Shown: positions 1-14,478, counted from the stretch's first letter. The stretch is 64,000 nt of DNA from Octopus sinensis (GCF_006345805.1 NC_042999.1:112716001-112780000), one strand, 5' to 3'. A program made the numbers and translations. The notes: a model not told the origin generated them from the sequence alone.

Positions 1-128
1 TTTTTAACCCAACACTCTACATGCTATTTATAGCTTTATCTATTTCAAGTTCTACAGTAAAAAATTATTTATTTCATATTTCTTTAAGTTTATAAAGTCA
101 TATAATATAAATATCCACATATTTATAT

Positions 129-498
129 ATAGGTGCAGGCATAGCTGTGTGGAATGAAGTTTGCCTCCCAACCATATGGTTCCACTACATGGCACCTTGG
201 GCAAGTGTCTTCTACAATAGCCTTGAGCTGACCAAAGCCTTGTGAGTGGATTTGGTAGACAGAAACTGAAAGAAGCCCATCGAATATATATTTGTGTGTG
301 TGTGTGTATGTATTTGTGTGTGAGTGTGTGTGTGTGTCCACCATCACTTGACAACCGATGTTGGTGTGTTTATGTCCCTGTAACTAAGCAGTTCAGCTAA
401 AGTGGTTGATAGAATAAGTTCTGGGGTCGATTTGCTTGACTAAAGGCAGTGCTCCAGTATGGTTGCAGTCAAATGACTGAAACAACTAAAAGAATACA
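129..498 (+). mobile_element. tRNA-derived CORE-like SINE (dominant family in the window)
   Basis: ATAGGTGCAGG head, GGCACCTTGGGCAAGTGTCTTCTAC core, internal (TG)n, tail GCAGTCAAATGACTGAAAC; homologous to other copies here. Confidence 0.75.
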
Positions 499-502
499 AA
501 AA

Positions 503-1075
503 TATATATATATATACATATCATTATAATGCCAGTGGCATGAAAAAAGCACCCAGTACACTCTGTAAAGTGGTTGGTATTACAACTATCCATAGAAACT
601 ATATTGAAGCAAACACTCAAGCATGATGCAGCCCTTGGATTCATCAAATCCTTATCAAACTCATGGAACATGGACATTAAATAATGATGATGATGATGAC
701 ACACACATATACATACACATCCTCATCCCAAGTTAACATTATCATCATATATGGGACTGATATGAGATCTATAAGAAATGTAGGCACAAGATAAAATGGA
801 TTTTGAAACCTAAGGTACTTGTAGACTATATCAATAATATATGTAGACCATCATCATCATCATTTAACATCTGTTTCATGTTGGCATGGATTGGATGGTT
901 TGACAGGAGCTGGTAAGCCAGAGGAATGCACCAAATTCCACTGTCTCTTTTGGTATGGTTTTTATGGCTGGATGCCCTTCCTAATGCCAACCACTTTACA
1001 GAGTGGACTGGACAATACACACACATATTCATATAAATACATATATGTGTGTGGGTATAATCTATGTCTGTAATA

Positions 1076-1118
<43 letters not shown>

Positions 1119-1672
1119 CATTATAATGCCAGTGGCATGAAAAAAGCACCCAGTACACTCTGTAAAGTGGTTGGTATTACAACCATCCATAGAAACTATA
1201 TTGAAGCAAACACTCAAGCATGATGCAGCCCTTGGATTCATCAAATCCTTATCAAACTCATGGAACATGGACATTAAATAATGATGATGATGATGACACA
1301 CACATATACATACACATCCTCATCCCAAGTTAACATTATCATCATATATGGGACTGATATGAGATCTATAAGAAATGTAGGCACAAGATAAAATGGATTT
1401 TGAAACCTAAGGTACTTGTAGACTATATCAATAATATATGTAGACCATCATCATCATCATTTAACATCTGTTTCATGTTGGCATGGATTGGATGGTTTGA
1501 CAGGAGCTGGTAAGCCAGAGGAATGCACCAAATTCCACTGTCTCTTTTGGTATGGTTTTTATGGCTGGATGCCCTTCCTAATGCCAACCACTTTACAGAG
1601 TGGACTGGACAATACACACACATATTCATATAAATACATATATGTGTGTGGGTATAATCTATGTCTGTAATA

Positions 1673-1712
<40 letters not shown>
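503..1712. repeat. Near-perfect 597-bp tandem duplication bounded by (TA)n tracts
   Basis: GCCAGTGGCA at 531 and 1128; ORF-track pairs offset by exactly 597 (891/1488, 704/1301). One visible substitution (ACTATCC vs ACCATCC). Confidence 0.95.
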
Positions 1713-1716
<4 letters not shown>

Positions 1717-1777
1717 CATGTACATAGATTATATCCATACACAAACATTTATAGAGAGATAGAGAGGGTGGAGAAAG

Positions 1778-1815
<38 letters not shown>

Positions 1816-4593
1816 ATGTAAAACATTTCCAATTGAATTTACAATCATTTTCTTTTGTAATTTATGCTTGAAACTATGAGTTGGTATCATTACAATTTAC
1901 AATTTCAAATTTTGTAGAAGTAGGAGAGCATTTGGTAAAATGCCAAACTAGGATAAAGTGGTTACCATTCTAATATTTGGCTTCAAATTGTGTACATCTC
2001 AGAAAAGCAAGAAGCAAAATCCAAAGCATAATTTGGAATTGGTATCCTTACAATATGATGCTTTAAATTCTTGTAGAATACAAACTGCAAACTGGAGTAT
2101 ACTGGAAGGACTATATACCTTGCATTGATTTTATTTGGACCACATAAGCACTAAATTCAAATCCTGCAGTACTGGAATTTGGCTTCCTTTCCCCTACTCT
2201 ATGGTGGCTAAAATATAATAGGTAGCAGTCATAGATTTAAATGAGACAATTCATCATAGGTAAATGCACCACAATCAAAATTATCAGGCATTCAATGAAT
2301 AACACCATAACCAGTTATGAGCAACCTGAATGATTTTAGTAGTGCAGCTCACCTGCTGATGAGCTATGTCTCATGTGGCCCACTCCTAAAAAAAAAAGGT
2401 TATCAATGCCTGACATATACTTAGTTTTATAAACTGTAGCAACATATATGGTCAGTTTTATTACTCAGCTCCACATTACTGAAGTTTTGAGGACACAGAA
2501 GAGTTTGCACATGCACTCTTACACAGAAAAAAAAAAGATTCGCTTAAGGGACTACTACTACTAATATGAATCAAAGTGTGTGGGGTGGGCAGCTTATAAA
2601 TATAAACTTGTGCCATGGCTGAAATACATGGTTATATACATATGCTAAAAAAAAGTTGCCTGTGAATTGTCCTGATCTCAGTAGCTCCAATGAACCACAA
2701 AAATAAATAATGCATAGACAGATGATAGTGGAAAGTCAACTGGTTATCAGAACAAAATAGGTTGAAAGATGCAAATTTCGAAAGATTTCCACATTTATTT
2801 AAACAGCTGGTGCAATATTATGGTTGTTATTTCCTGTAATCTTTTTTTTTTTTTTTTAGTCCCAAGTCAGTCCTGATCCAGTTGGCCTCTAATCAAATAA
2901 CTCATTTTTGTTTTTTCTTCTGGGGAGAAGGCCAGATATGGATCCTTTTTTTAACACGGTTTATTGTGACTGAGGTAGGGGAATTGGCTGCTATTCCTAG
3001 CAAAGTAAGCGAAAACGTCGAGACTCTTTTTATCATTGTTGCTGTTGAAGTTTTAATAGGTTTTTATATCAACAACTAAGTCGGTGAGAACCGGGAGTTT
3101 GTAATGTTCATATTTATCATTAAAGGCGTTAGCGACTTGCGGTTAGGGGAAATGTATTCAGTCACATATTTAAACCAGGTCGCAATCACTACTTGCCGGT
3201 AGGGTACTTGCTGGTTTTATTTTTAAACCGTTAAAAGAGAAAATATAGCATACAGATCTCTTAGGCAGTAACAAGTCGTTCTGTCTCGGAATCGAATTGC
3301 AGACTTCATTTGACAATAACTTAATTAACGCCGCACACGTCACAAGTTTTAAAAAAAAGTGTTTTTTTACAATTATTTACTTAAGTGCTAGCCATGCCTT
3401 TCTCAAAGATACTTGCAATAAAAGTGAAATGATTCAAAGTGAGACATGAAACCAGGTCACGAACACAGTTTGTTGAGAATGTAAACCCATACCATAATGA
3501 AGATAAATGATGGGAGGATGCACTATAGTTTCTAGTGACAAGAAGCCTGAATTTGAGCTGAGGTGAAAGGGTAAAAGAAAGTAGCCGGTTCTCCGCCATT
3601 TACCAGCTCAAATTCTACCGCCATAACTGTATTAACGAGAACAGTTAATGTTTCCACAAGCATCAAAATTATGAAGTGGTGGGTAATGAGATGCTGAGAC
3701 ATAAATGCCCTTTCCAAAAAGTTATCGCTTAGTCCAAGGTGAGACTTGATCGAACAGATTTATGATCAAAGATGTTGATTCCATGACTGTGCAGTCTTTT
3801 TTTTTTTTTTAGATAAACATAGTTCAATGAGCCCTTACTTTTTTGTAAAAAGAGGATCTGGGGAAGATTAGGAATGCTGTCACTAACAGGTCAAGTAACT
3901 ATGTAGAAGCTTTCTTTTTATATCGTTTCCTAAGAGTTGATGACGGGAAGGCGGTGTGAACTGAATATGAAAACTGTGTCGCAGATTTTGTTCGTCAAAT
4001 ACACATCCCTGCACTAATCACCCCCGCCACGATGACGATGGTCGAGGAGGTCACGATGATGAATGCTTATTCTTAAGTCCAATTTGAAGAAATTATATGA
4101 AGTTTGCATTTTTACAAGTGATAGGATATGGAAACTTGTGAGTTTTAACGCTGACCCTAAAACATTACAAAAAGAAATGAAGTTATAGCATCCCATTTCT
4201 TTCCCCCAATATAACTATCTTTCCATGTTGTCACTGCTGTAAAAATAATTGGACACAAGGGACAAGAGTTTAAATACGAGGGTTTCTTGCTCGTTAACTT
4301 GAGTTCATTTTCTGAGTGGTTTTCCTTTGCCTTTTCGTTGTTGTTGTTTTATTTATTTATTTTTTTTTTACAGATGCTGAATACCGGATCATCACTAAAA
4401 TAAATCAAGATATTTTATTTTCAGCTTACCCAATAGACTTTTTTTAATCTAGAAAATGTATCGATCAAAATTTTGGGTTTAAATATGGCACATCAGAAAA
4501 AATCAAGAACTTAGGTTTAAATTTCGTAGTGAATTTGCAAAATATATATATACTCATGTTTTGAGTTCAATTTTCCAGTTAGCATCACCAACT

Positions 4594-4698
<105 letters not shown>

Positions 4699-5853
4699 TG
4701 TGTGTGTATGTTGCTGTCCTGTGTTGAGTATAAATAAACCGAAGTTCGGGACAAGAGTTAACTAAACGGACAGACCGACTGTTGTCCTGTACTGACAACG
4801 GAGAAATTTAAGTTTGGATGTGAGTGTAGGTGTAGATCGGTAGTGTATCCAGTGCTGTTCAGTCTGAGAAAGACAGACAGTAGAAAGATATATAAATTAA
4901 GGCGCTTAAACCGGAAGAAATAAGATATGATAAAGTGGAATGGGTGATGAAGGCAGGCCCATTACCATTCCTCAACAGCACAAACTGGAGTAAAATATAT
5001 TTCGCCGTTACTTCTAGAGCCCCTTCCGTGCGAGATGAACTAGACAGAAACCTGTCTAGATATCAGAAACAATAACAAAACCACAAGTGTGGTGGCAGTT
5101 ACAAGTGTGTGTCTTTCATCAGATGTGTGTGCATGAGTTGTGTGAAGTGTGTGTATGTGCGCGTGTGATGAGATGCACACACCATTCACTCGTTCTAGCA
5201 CTCAGACCATGTTGTATATAAACTCGACTTTCCCTTCCCCTACTGTTGCCGCCCTTCTTTCACAGTTCTTATGGCAGCTTTCACATCGCAGTATGTGAAC
5301 TTAATATATTTTTTTCCTGGTCTTCATCACACTAGTGTGTGTATGCGTGTGTGACAGCAGTTTTTTTTCCCTGTCCTCTTTGTTGCTCGATCGCTACTAT
5401 AACTGTTCGAGTGGACTCCAGTTACATATTATACAGATATCTGTTTTGGTTTCGGTTCTGATATCAATGTCAACATTAGCAATAAAAGAGGTAAAAAAAA
5501 AATTATCAAAATAACGACAGTAGCATTAGTACTGTATGCTAATAATAATAATAATAATAATATATAATTATAATGATTATTATAATAATGCCTGGGAAAT
5601 CGTTTTAATAGAATGTAGAAAAAACAAAAATGATCGGCTTTATTTGCCCAACAATCGGTAAACAATCTAATGCATGCTTTTTGTTTTTGATTTTTACAAA
5701 AGGTAACGAGAAATTCAGGTGGAAACAGTTATACGAAACGTCCCAAGGGAGCAGAATAAGCCACCCCTTTTCCCCATCCATGAATATACACGTTTTTATA
5801 CGATATATATATATACACTGCAACCTGTATGTTTACACACACACACACACATA

Positions 5854-5898
<45 letters not shown>

Positions 5899-8449
5899 CA
5901 CGCGTCTAGCAAACAGTACGAAATAAACAAAACAACATGAAAGGGGTGTAAAATGGTCAGGGAGTTAGTTACCTTAATCGAGATAATTACTTTCCGAACA
6001 ATGAACAAAAATAAACAAAGTAAACGGCTCGCGATTCAATGTCAACGTCTCGTCGATAATTTTGAATCCATTCTAGCAAAATGTTGAAAAGAGGGGAAAG
6101 AACAAGAAGAAGAATAAAGAGGAGGATGAGGAGAGGAATATAAATAAAATAAAAAAAAAAGGCATTCTACAGTAACTTCCGGTCTACCGGACTTTTCGGA
6201 ATGTAACAGCTGCCATTGGTTAAAAAAAACGTCTTTTTTCTTAATCTATTTTTTTATCATTCTTTCCACCCCTTCCTGCAGCTCGTCCGCTCCGATGACA
6301 CAATATCAAGCTGGCAGTTAAAAAATATCTTCAGCTTCACTCTTTCTCCCACTATAATACTGTCTTTGCCTACCCCAACAGTAGCGCTTTGCAAATTATG
6401 TCAACACCATCGTCGCAGCATAGTTCTCGCCCTTAAATTGATGCTCGTTGATTTATCATTAGGTGTTTGGGGGGATATTTTTGTTATTTTTTTATGAGGT
6501 TAACACATTTATACAACGGTACTTTTTTTCTGTTGTATAAATGTGGAAGAAAATTATGAATTATTACTTTCTTTTGATGTTTTTTTTTTCGTTGTTTGAG
6601 GTTATGTTTACAATAAATTTTAACTTTCTTCTTCAGCACAGTTGAAAATGATATGAACATCACATCACATCCCTCACTCGCTTTTGTGGTGATTTTTTTT
6701 ATAAAAGAAATCAATACATTTTAGTTAAAAACCTTTAAATTCATGTTTATATTGTTACATCTGAACTCATATATTTTTCTGTGTGCGAGTATACATATAT
6801 ATCTAGTTCTCGTCATTAATTTTTTCTCTTTCAGTCAGATTTTTATAGATATCTTGAAAATTACATGAACATCAAAACATCCCGTATTCATTTGCTTATA
6901 AATCTCGGGCCCTTTCCATTTGCTGATAAAAAAAAAATGTTGGTCCTTAATCCACACAATTTTTTATGGAGGTCTTTAAATGCATATATATACATCTGGT
7001 CTATCTGTCTCTTACGTTTTCCAGTGGAGGACCAAGGAAGGAAGAAAATAGCGGGTTTATGTTTGTTTTCAGCGTTTAATCTACACACACACACACTTTC
7101 TCAATGAGGTGTTCTACAAATATAGACAACTAAATTAAATCATTTCCACGGATTTCCTCACGCGTGCACAATCATTGTAGAAATTAAGATTTGCAGTTTA
7201 TTCAAAATCCATAAGGCGGTAAAACTCACAATCGTTTAACTTTAATTGTTCCTATTATAGTATGTGTATATAGTAAAGAATGTGTGTGAATTTAGTTGTT
7301 TATTTTTGTAGACAAAACTTAACAAACCAATGAATGAACGTAATGATTCGTCAGACAAGGAACAACAGCCAGTCTCCCTCAAATTAATCCCTCCCATCTT
7401 TCAAAAGCGAATGTTGAAAATGTAGTCATACAATATGTATGAATGAATGGCATGGTCACGGTTGGAATGCTTTGATCTGATCAGCGATTAATCAACAGCA
7501 ACCCCATAATGTAAACAACATACTGATTGTTTTGGGAATAATCGATTGTCAAAATTTTTTGTCTCTTCCTAGAATTGATACTTTTTTCTTGTGACTTTTT
7601 TGTTTCTACATAATTTTCTTTTTCGCCATTCCCATATTTGGGAAGTAAATCTGATATTTTTTTTAGTCTCGTTTTTTGGCATTATTTTCCAATGCCATTG
7701 AATGGATGTCATTTTATGTGCTTTCGCTTGATGTTTTCTTTTCTTTTTTTTTTTTAACCTGTCAGTTACAATTGATCGTTAATTGGACTTCTATTTTTAC
7801 AGTTTTTGTTTTAGATTTCCATTGCATATAACATATATATATTTGGGGAGAAAGATATAGAAATGAGTGTTTATATATGTATGTGTGTGTACATATATAT
7901 TAATATTTAGTAGAAGTAACAGTGACTCAAGGACCGGGAGTTTCGTGCGTTGGCACTTAAATGAATGGAGAGATTGCTAGATATATTAATACTAAAAGAT
8001 ATACAATATATATATATACACACACACACATCAATAGATATATTTATTTATACATATATTTATATATGTATATATACATATATATTTATATGTGTATATT
8101 TACACAAACTTTTATAAATTATATGAACAACCAAACACATACACATATATATGCCACAGGTATTGCTGTTCGGTTAAGACGTTCATTTCTCCACCATTTA
8201 CTACACCCACCCCTCAACACTTATTTTTCATTCATTATATTCTCCCCCTTAGCCATTCCCCATCTCTCATTCTCTCTTGCATTCTTGCAACGTCTAACCA
8301 CACACATGCCCTATTCTTCTAGTCCCGCTCATTTCTACTCATATCTTGAGGGTCCTCACAGATACCTCATTATTACCCGTCTTAGCTTCCCATCTCCCGC
8401 CTTCTTTTCTAGAAACCTGTTCTGCTTCCATACTTTAACCCTCATGTAG

Positions 8450-9115
8450 CATAAAGCCACCTCTTTTTTTTAGTTGATAGTCTTGCAAGTTGCCTTGTGG
8501 TATCACTCATGTTGGTGATCTTTTAAAAAATAACACCTAGTATACTGTTGTCCGCTGTGGTCACCCCACATGATACACAATATTATGAAAATTGAAGCTC
8601 CCCAGAGATCAATCACAAAAAAAAAAAATAGAGGACATGACAAGTCTTGACTATTGGGATCAACTCAAAAAGCTCAGGCTTTACTCCCTCCAACGCCACC
8701 ATGAGTGCTGTATCATCTGTATGATGTGGAAAATATTCCATCAACATTGCCCAAATGATATAGGTATCAACTTTAAAATTCATCCAAGGCTTGACCCCCG
8801 TGCCATGCATCCACTACAGAAATCATGTTCATGTCGTATTACAACACTACAACTATTTCACCTCAACTGGCCCTGCTCTCTTCAACATTGTGCCAGCAAC
8901 ATAAAGGAGGAAAGTGATTTCACAGCATTTAAACAGTCCCTAGATGATTACCTCCAACAAATACCAGACAAACCACCCACACCTGGAAATAATAACTCTC
9001 TGCTCGAATGGGCTATGGTGCCCAAGAGCTGACTGTGTATCTCTTCCTGGTGGTGCTATTAAATTAGACATGGCCTGGGCCAACTTCAGCCGAAACTTAT
9101 CTAAATAATCTAAGT
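8450..9115 (+). mobile_element. CR1/Jockey-group LINE 3' fragment
   Basis: DYWDQLKKLRLYSLQR motif; 3' UTR GGTGGTGCTATT...ATCTAAGT shared with the copy at 17895-19990. Confidence 0.75.
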
Positions 9116-10283
9116 ATGCACTATAAAGAGGATGGCATTAAGAAGGGCATCCAGCCAAAGAAACAATGCTGGAGTAAACAGTTGAGTGCAATGTAGTACT
9201 TGGACTTGTCAAATCTTATCAAACTATCTGACACATGGAATTGGAATAATGATGATGATACATGTGTGTGTGTAAATGGATGCCTGAGTAGCAGAGGAAT
9301 GCCTATCATCATGTACTCTCCAGAATCATTAGAGCATTGGGTATATAAATATATATATACACATATAGCTTTGCAGTAATTGTTCAGCTCTCTAAATGGA
9401 CTTCTGCCTACCACTGAAATCACTTACAAGACAGTTGGTGACCTGAAGTTTTAGTAGAAAATACTTGCACATAGTGCTGTTCAGTAGGACTGAAACTAAA
9501 ACCATGAATTTCTTTAGTATATACTCATACAGGCATCTTCCTCTCACCCATTGATTCTGGTTTTCTGCTGCTCCCCTCCTTAATCACATTTCCTGAATGT
9601 AAGTGCACACCTTGATTTCCGGTACTCCCATCTCATATGCTGGCACCACAATAGAAAGCTCTCCACCCAAATGTCCCCTAGAAGGATTGGGCCGTTAAGG
9701 TGACATAAAGTAATGTTGAAATGTCCCTGAGTCTGTCTTTTGGAGGACTTGACAATTTGCTAGATGCTGGTTCCACAAAAAATACATACAGTACCCCTGT
9801 AAATTGGATGAAAATGATGAACGACACTTTTCAGTGATGAATAACCATGAGATTCAAACTCACTACCTCATGACTGAGCTCTAACCACTGAACCATGCAC
9901 TTTCACCATATATATATAGATATAAATATATACATATGTACATCTTGCTGTATGCCAGATCACTTGCGAAAGTTGACTCCAAATCAAAAGCATAGTATGT
10001 TTTTCATTGGAGTTTTCATGATTAGAACCTCAGACCAGCTGCTCAGTTTGCCAGCCCACATGGAGGATGTTTTTACAAGGCACAACTTGTATGGATGGCT
10101 GTGGCTCAGAATAATCACATCCAATCTTTGGCAGGTCTTCCTTTTAGTCCTGCAAAGAGTCGACAACACCAGTTTAGTCATCAGCCACCCAACTATATAA
10201 AACCCATAGTAACTGGGTTATACAGTACCAGTAGCAGGATTTTCCTAACCAGACCATGACATACATATACATATTCTTTTGTT

Positions 10284-10744
10284 CTTTTACTTGTTTCAGT
10301 CATTTGACTGCGGCCATGCTGGAGCACTGCCTTTAGTCAAACAAATCAACTAGACTTTGTTGAATAAGATTAGTACTTATTCTATTGGTCATTTTGCTGA
10401 ACCACTAAGTTACGGGGATGTGAACACACTAACATCAGTTGTCCGGCGATGGTGGGAGGACAAATACAGACACACAAACGCAGACATATATACATTATAT
10501 ATATATAATAATAATATTTGAGTTGCCTAATAGTGGTTTTATCTCTAATTTAATTTATATATATATATGTGTGTGTGTGTCTGTGGTTTCTTTCTGTTTC
10601 CGTCTACCAAATCTACTCACAAGGCTTTGGTCGGCCCAAGGCTGTAGTAAAAGACACTTGGTCAAGGTGCCATGCAGTGGCACTGAACCCAGAACAATGT
10701 GGTTGGGAAGCAAGTCTGTTACCGCACAGCCCCTCATACACCTA
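10284..10744 (-). mobile_element. tRNA-derived CORE-like SINE
   Basis: Reverse complement of the 129-498 and 37113-37514 family, with an internal microsatellite. Confidence 0.8.
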
Positions 10745-10792
10745 TGTACATACATATATGTATGTGTGTGTGTATATATATATATATGTATG

Positions 10793-10825
<33 letters not shown>

Positions 10826-12552
10826 TCATGTGTAGATATATATATATACATACATTATGTATGTGTGTATTTATATGCATACATATGCCTACATATATGT
10901 ATGTATAAAGCATTATCAATCTGCTAACCAAACAAGTGTGTGTTGTTGCACCTAATTTAATGGACTGTGAATGACAACAAAGATGAGGTGACCTGGATCT
11001 TAATTTCTCACATGGAATTGCTGCTGGTGTGCTTACTATGATTGTATCATTCTTATTATTATCACCATCATCATCATCACTATCATCGTTCTGTTGTCAT
11101 ATGATCATTGTCATTCTTATTATTTTTATTTTGAAGAATTAAACTGTTGCTCAGCTTTTGATATATTCATTCTTCTGTAAAGGGGATTCACAATTTTCTA
11201 GGGCAAACTACTGCTGCCATTTTATGAGGCCTTGGTAGGATTGTTGTGTGTGTGTGTGTGTGTGCGCACATGTTAGGGATGGAAATGAAAGTGTGTTAGG
11301 ATGTTTATTTCAGCCTTGCTTTGGTTAAAGCTATGGACTGAATTTCAGCTACAAGGGAAGATATTTATAAATATAGATTTGCCTAAAATATGTTTAATGA
11401 GGCATACCAAATGGTAAGAAAGTGCAGTGAATTGTTAAAAAAAATACAAATGAAATGACAATTTTAATCTATTGTTTACCTTTATAAAATAATTAGTTTT
11501 GAAATCATAAATAAAAATTTTTTAAATCAAAATCAGTACTTTGTATTTTCTGCATTGTCGTTGTTTTTTATTATTTGTTATTTAGATTGTTAATCTTTCT
11601 ATGTTTAATTCTTTAGCTGTGAAATTTCATGGTTATTCCAGTAATGATGTTAAATATATACCAAAAAATAGAATTGGTATTTTTCTATGTCACATTGCCT
11701 CTATAAACTTGACATGTCTCAACAAAATATTATTTTTAAATACAACATTCCTGAACAAATAACAGATTGCTATTTAAAACTGCTTTCTTCAGTTAAGAGT
11801 AATAAAACTTTGAGCGGATATATCTGATTTCTGCAGTAAAAGGATTGAATAAAATGAAAGTAGAAAGAATTGTTGTTTTATAATACAACTTCCAATTTAT
11901 CCATTAAAATGAAAGCAGATAGATCCTTTCTAATCTCCCTTTCATTCTTAACTTGACCCTAAATATAAAAAAAGTAATGAAATCGCACCCCCACCCGGCA
12001 AGAAGCCCCTACTTAGTTACTTTAACTTGTTAGATGTCGCAGCCAAATCTCTCTCAAATCACACTCTCTTGTCTTAAAAAGGAAATGCACATTGGAAAAT
12101 GTATGTCTGGATATAGACCTATGGATAAAAACTAAAAAGATGCTATGGTTATGACTGGAATGCTTTTGATGACAAGACTACATTTTTTTGTCTGCTCAAC
12201 CAGGCCAACGTGAAGTTAAATAAAAATAACAGTAAAGATTGTACTGTTTACTTAAGATACTTTAACCCTTTCAACTTCACTTCAAACTAATTGTAACTTT
12301 ACTACTGACTGACATGCTGTTACTCATAGACTTATTCTATTTCTGTATATCTCATTTGACATTTCTCTTCTATAATCCTACTATGAGCAGTATAGTGTCA
12401 TAAAAATACTTGTATTTATTTTGGAAGATAGTATTCAATTTTACAAGATTACACAGTTCAAGTTGGCTGACCATAATGTATTGCTCACTCTGATCCAGTA
12501 CCTATAATACATCTCTTAAATTCTTACATACATTTATATATATACATTTATA

Positions 12553-14478
12553 TCATCATCATCATCATCATCATTTAGCGTCCGCTTTCCATGCTAGCAT
12601 GGGTTGGACGGGTCAACTGGGGTCTGTGAAGCTGGAAGGCTTCGTCAGGCCCAGTCAGATCTGGCAGTGTTTCTACGGCTGGATGCCCTTCCTAACGCCA
12701 ACCACTCCGCGAGTGTAGTGGGTGTTTTTTACGTGCCACCTGCACAGGTGCCAGACAGAGCTGGCGAACGGCCACGAACGGATGGTGCTTTTACGTGTCA
12801 CCGGCACGGGGCCAGGCGATGCTGGCAACGGACACGAACGGATGGTGCTTTTACGTGCCACCGACACAGGGCCAGACAGAGCTGGCAAACGGCCACGAAC
12901 GGACGGTGCTTTTACGTGTCACCGGCACGGGGGCCAGCCGAGGCTGGCAACGGACGCAAACGGATGGTGCTTTTACGTGCCACCGACACGGTTGCCAGAC
13001 AGAGCTGGCAAACGGCCACGAACGGACGGTGCTTTTATGTGTCACCGGCACGGGGGCCAGCCAAGGCTGGCAACGGACACGAACGGATGGTGCTTTTACG
13101 TGCCACCGACACAGGGCCAGACAGAGCTGGCAAACGGCCACGAACGGACGGTGCTTTTACGTGTCACCGACACGGGGCCAGGCGAGGCTGACAACGAACA
13201 CGAACACGAACGGATGGTGCTTTTACGTGCCACCGACACGGGGGCCAGGCAGAGCTGGCAAACGGCCACGAGCGAATGGTGCTTTTACGTATCACCGGCA
13301 CGGGTGCCAGACGAGGCTGACAGCGGACACGAACGGATGGGTCACTTAACCCCTGCTTTCTGATATATGATTTGATTTTGATTGTTCTCACTGGTCTTGC
13401 CGGGTCTTCTCACGCACAGCATACTTCCATAGGTCTCGGTCTCTGGTCATTTCCTTGGTGAGACCTAGAGTTCGAAGGTCGTGCTTCACCACCTCGACCC
13501 AGGTTTTCCTGGGTCTACCTCTTCCACAGGTCCCCTCAACTGCCAGGGTGTGGCACTTTTTCACACACCTATCTTCATCCATTCTCACCACATGACCATA
13601 CCAGCGCAATCGTCTCTCTTGCACACAACATCTGATGCCTCTTAGGTCCAACTTTTCTCTCAAGGTACTTACACTCTGTCGACTATGAACACTGACATTA
13701 CACATCCAACGGAGCATACTAGCTTCATTTCTCGCGAGCTTACGCATGTCCTCAGCAGTCACGGCCCATGTTTCACTGCCATGTAGCATGGCTGTTCGTA
13801 CACATGCATCATACAGTCTGCCTTTTACTCTGAGCGAGAGGCCTTTAGTCACCAACAGAGGTAAGAGCTCCCTAAACTTTGCCTAGGCTATTCTTACTCT
13901 AGCCATTACACTTTCAGCACACCCACCCCCACTACTGACTGGGTCACCAAGATAACGGAAGCTATCAACTACTTCTAGTTTTTCCCCCTGGAAAGTGACG
14001 GAAGTTGTTTTCTGCAGATTTTCAGAGGTTAATGCTCCCGAGCATCTGCCACATACAAAAACCATCTTCCTAGTTAGCCTTCCTATGACATTGCTGCACC
14101 TCTTATGTGTCCATAGCTTACACTTGGTGCATCTTATAGAGTTTCTACCTACACCTTTTCTACAGATTGAGCAGGGCCATCTACCTGAAGGCGTTTGTGA
14201 TTTGTCTACCTTCCTACTTATTAGGACTTTGGTTTTAGCTAGGTTGACTCTAAGGCCCTTCGATTCTAAACCATGCTTCCACACCTGAAACTTCTTCTCC
14301 AGTTCTGATAATGACTCAGCAATTAGAGCAAGGTCATCAGCATAGAGGAGCTCCCAGGGGCATCCTGTCTTGAATTCCTCCATTATTGCCTGGAGGACTA
14401 TGATAAATAGGAGGGGGCTGAGGACTGAGCCTTGGTGGACCCCTACCTCTACCCGGAATTCTTCACTGTACTCATTGC
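12553..14478 (-). mobile_element. Young 5'-truncated RTE-clade LINE (RT C-terminal half, 3' UTR with tandem array, (GAT)n tail)
   Basis: GVHQGSVLSPLLF, LLYADDL, DSFRYLG and RGRPRKTW motifs. One continuous frame from 14478 to 13388, broken only by a TGG>TAG stop at 13883-85. Ends in (ATG)n. Confidence 0.92.
12741..13340 (+). repeat. GC-rich tandem array of ten ~60-bp units alternating between two variants (A/B dimer)
   Basis: GGTGCTTTTACGTG(C/T)CACC recurs about every 60 bp, alternating GCCAGACAGAGCTGGCAAACGGCCACG and GCCAG(C/G)CGAGGCTGGCAACGGACACG units. Confidence 0.95.

Noticed and set aside
4020-4160. Box C/D snoRNA candidate (ATGATGA...CTGA) and a short hydrophobic minus-strand ORF
   Set aside because: No terminal stem or recognisable rRNA-antisense element; such motifs are frequent by chance.
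12604-13363. CRISPR-like array or 180-213-aa protein ORFs
   Set aside because: The inter-repeat segments are themselves repeated (A/B variants) rather than unique spacers; the context is eukaryotic and there are no cas genes. The ORFs result from a stop-free GC-rich tandem repeat.
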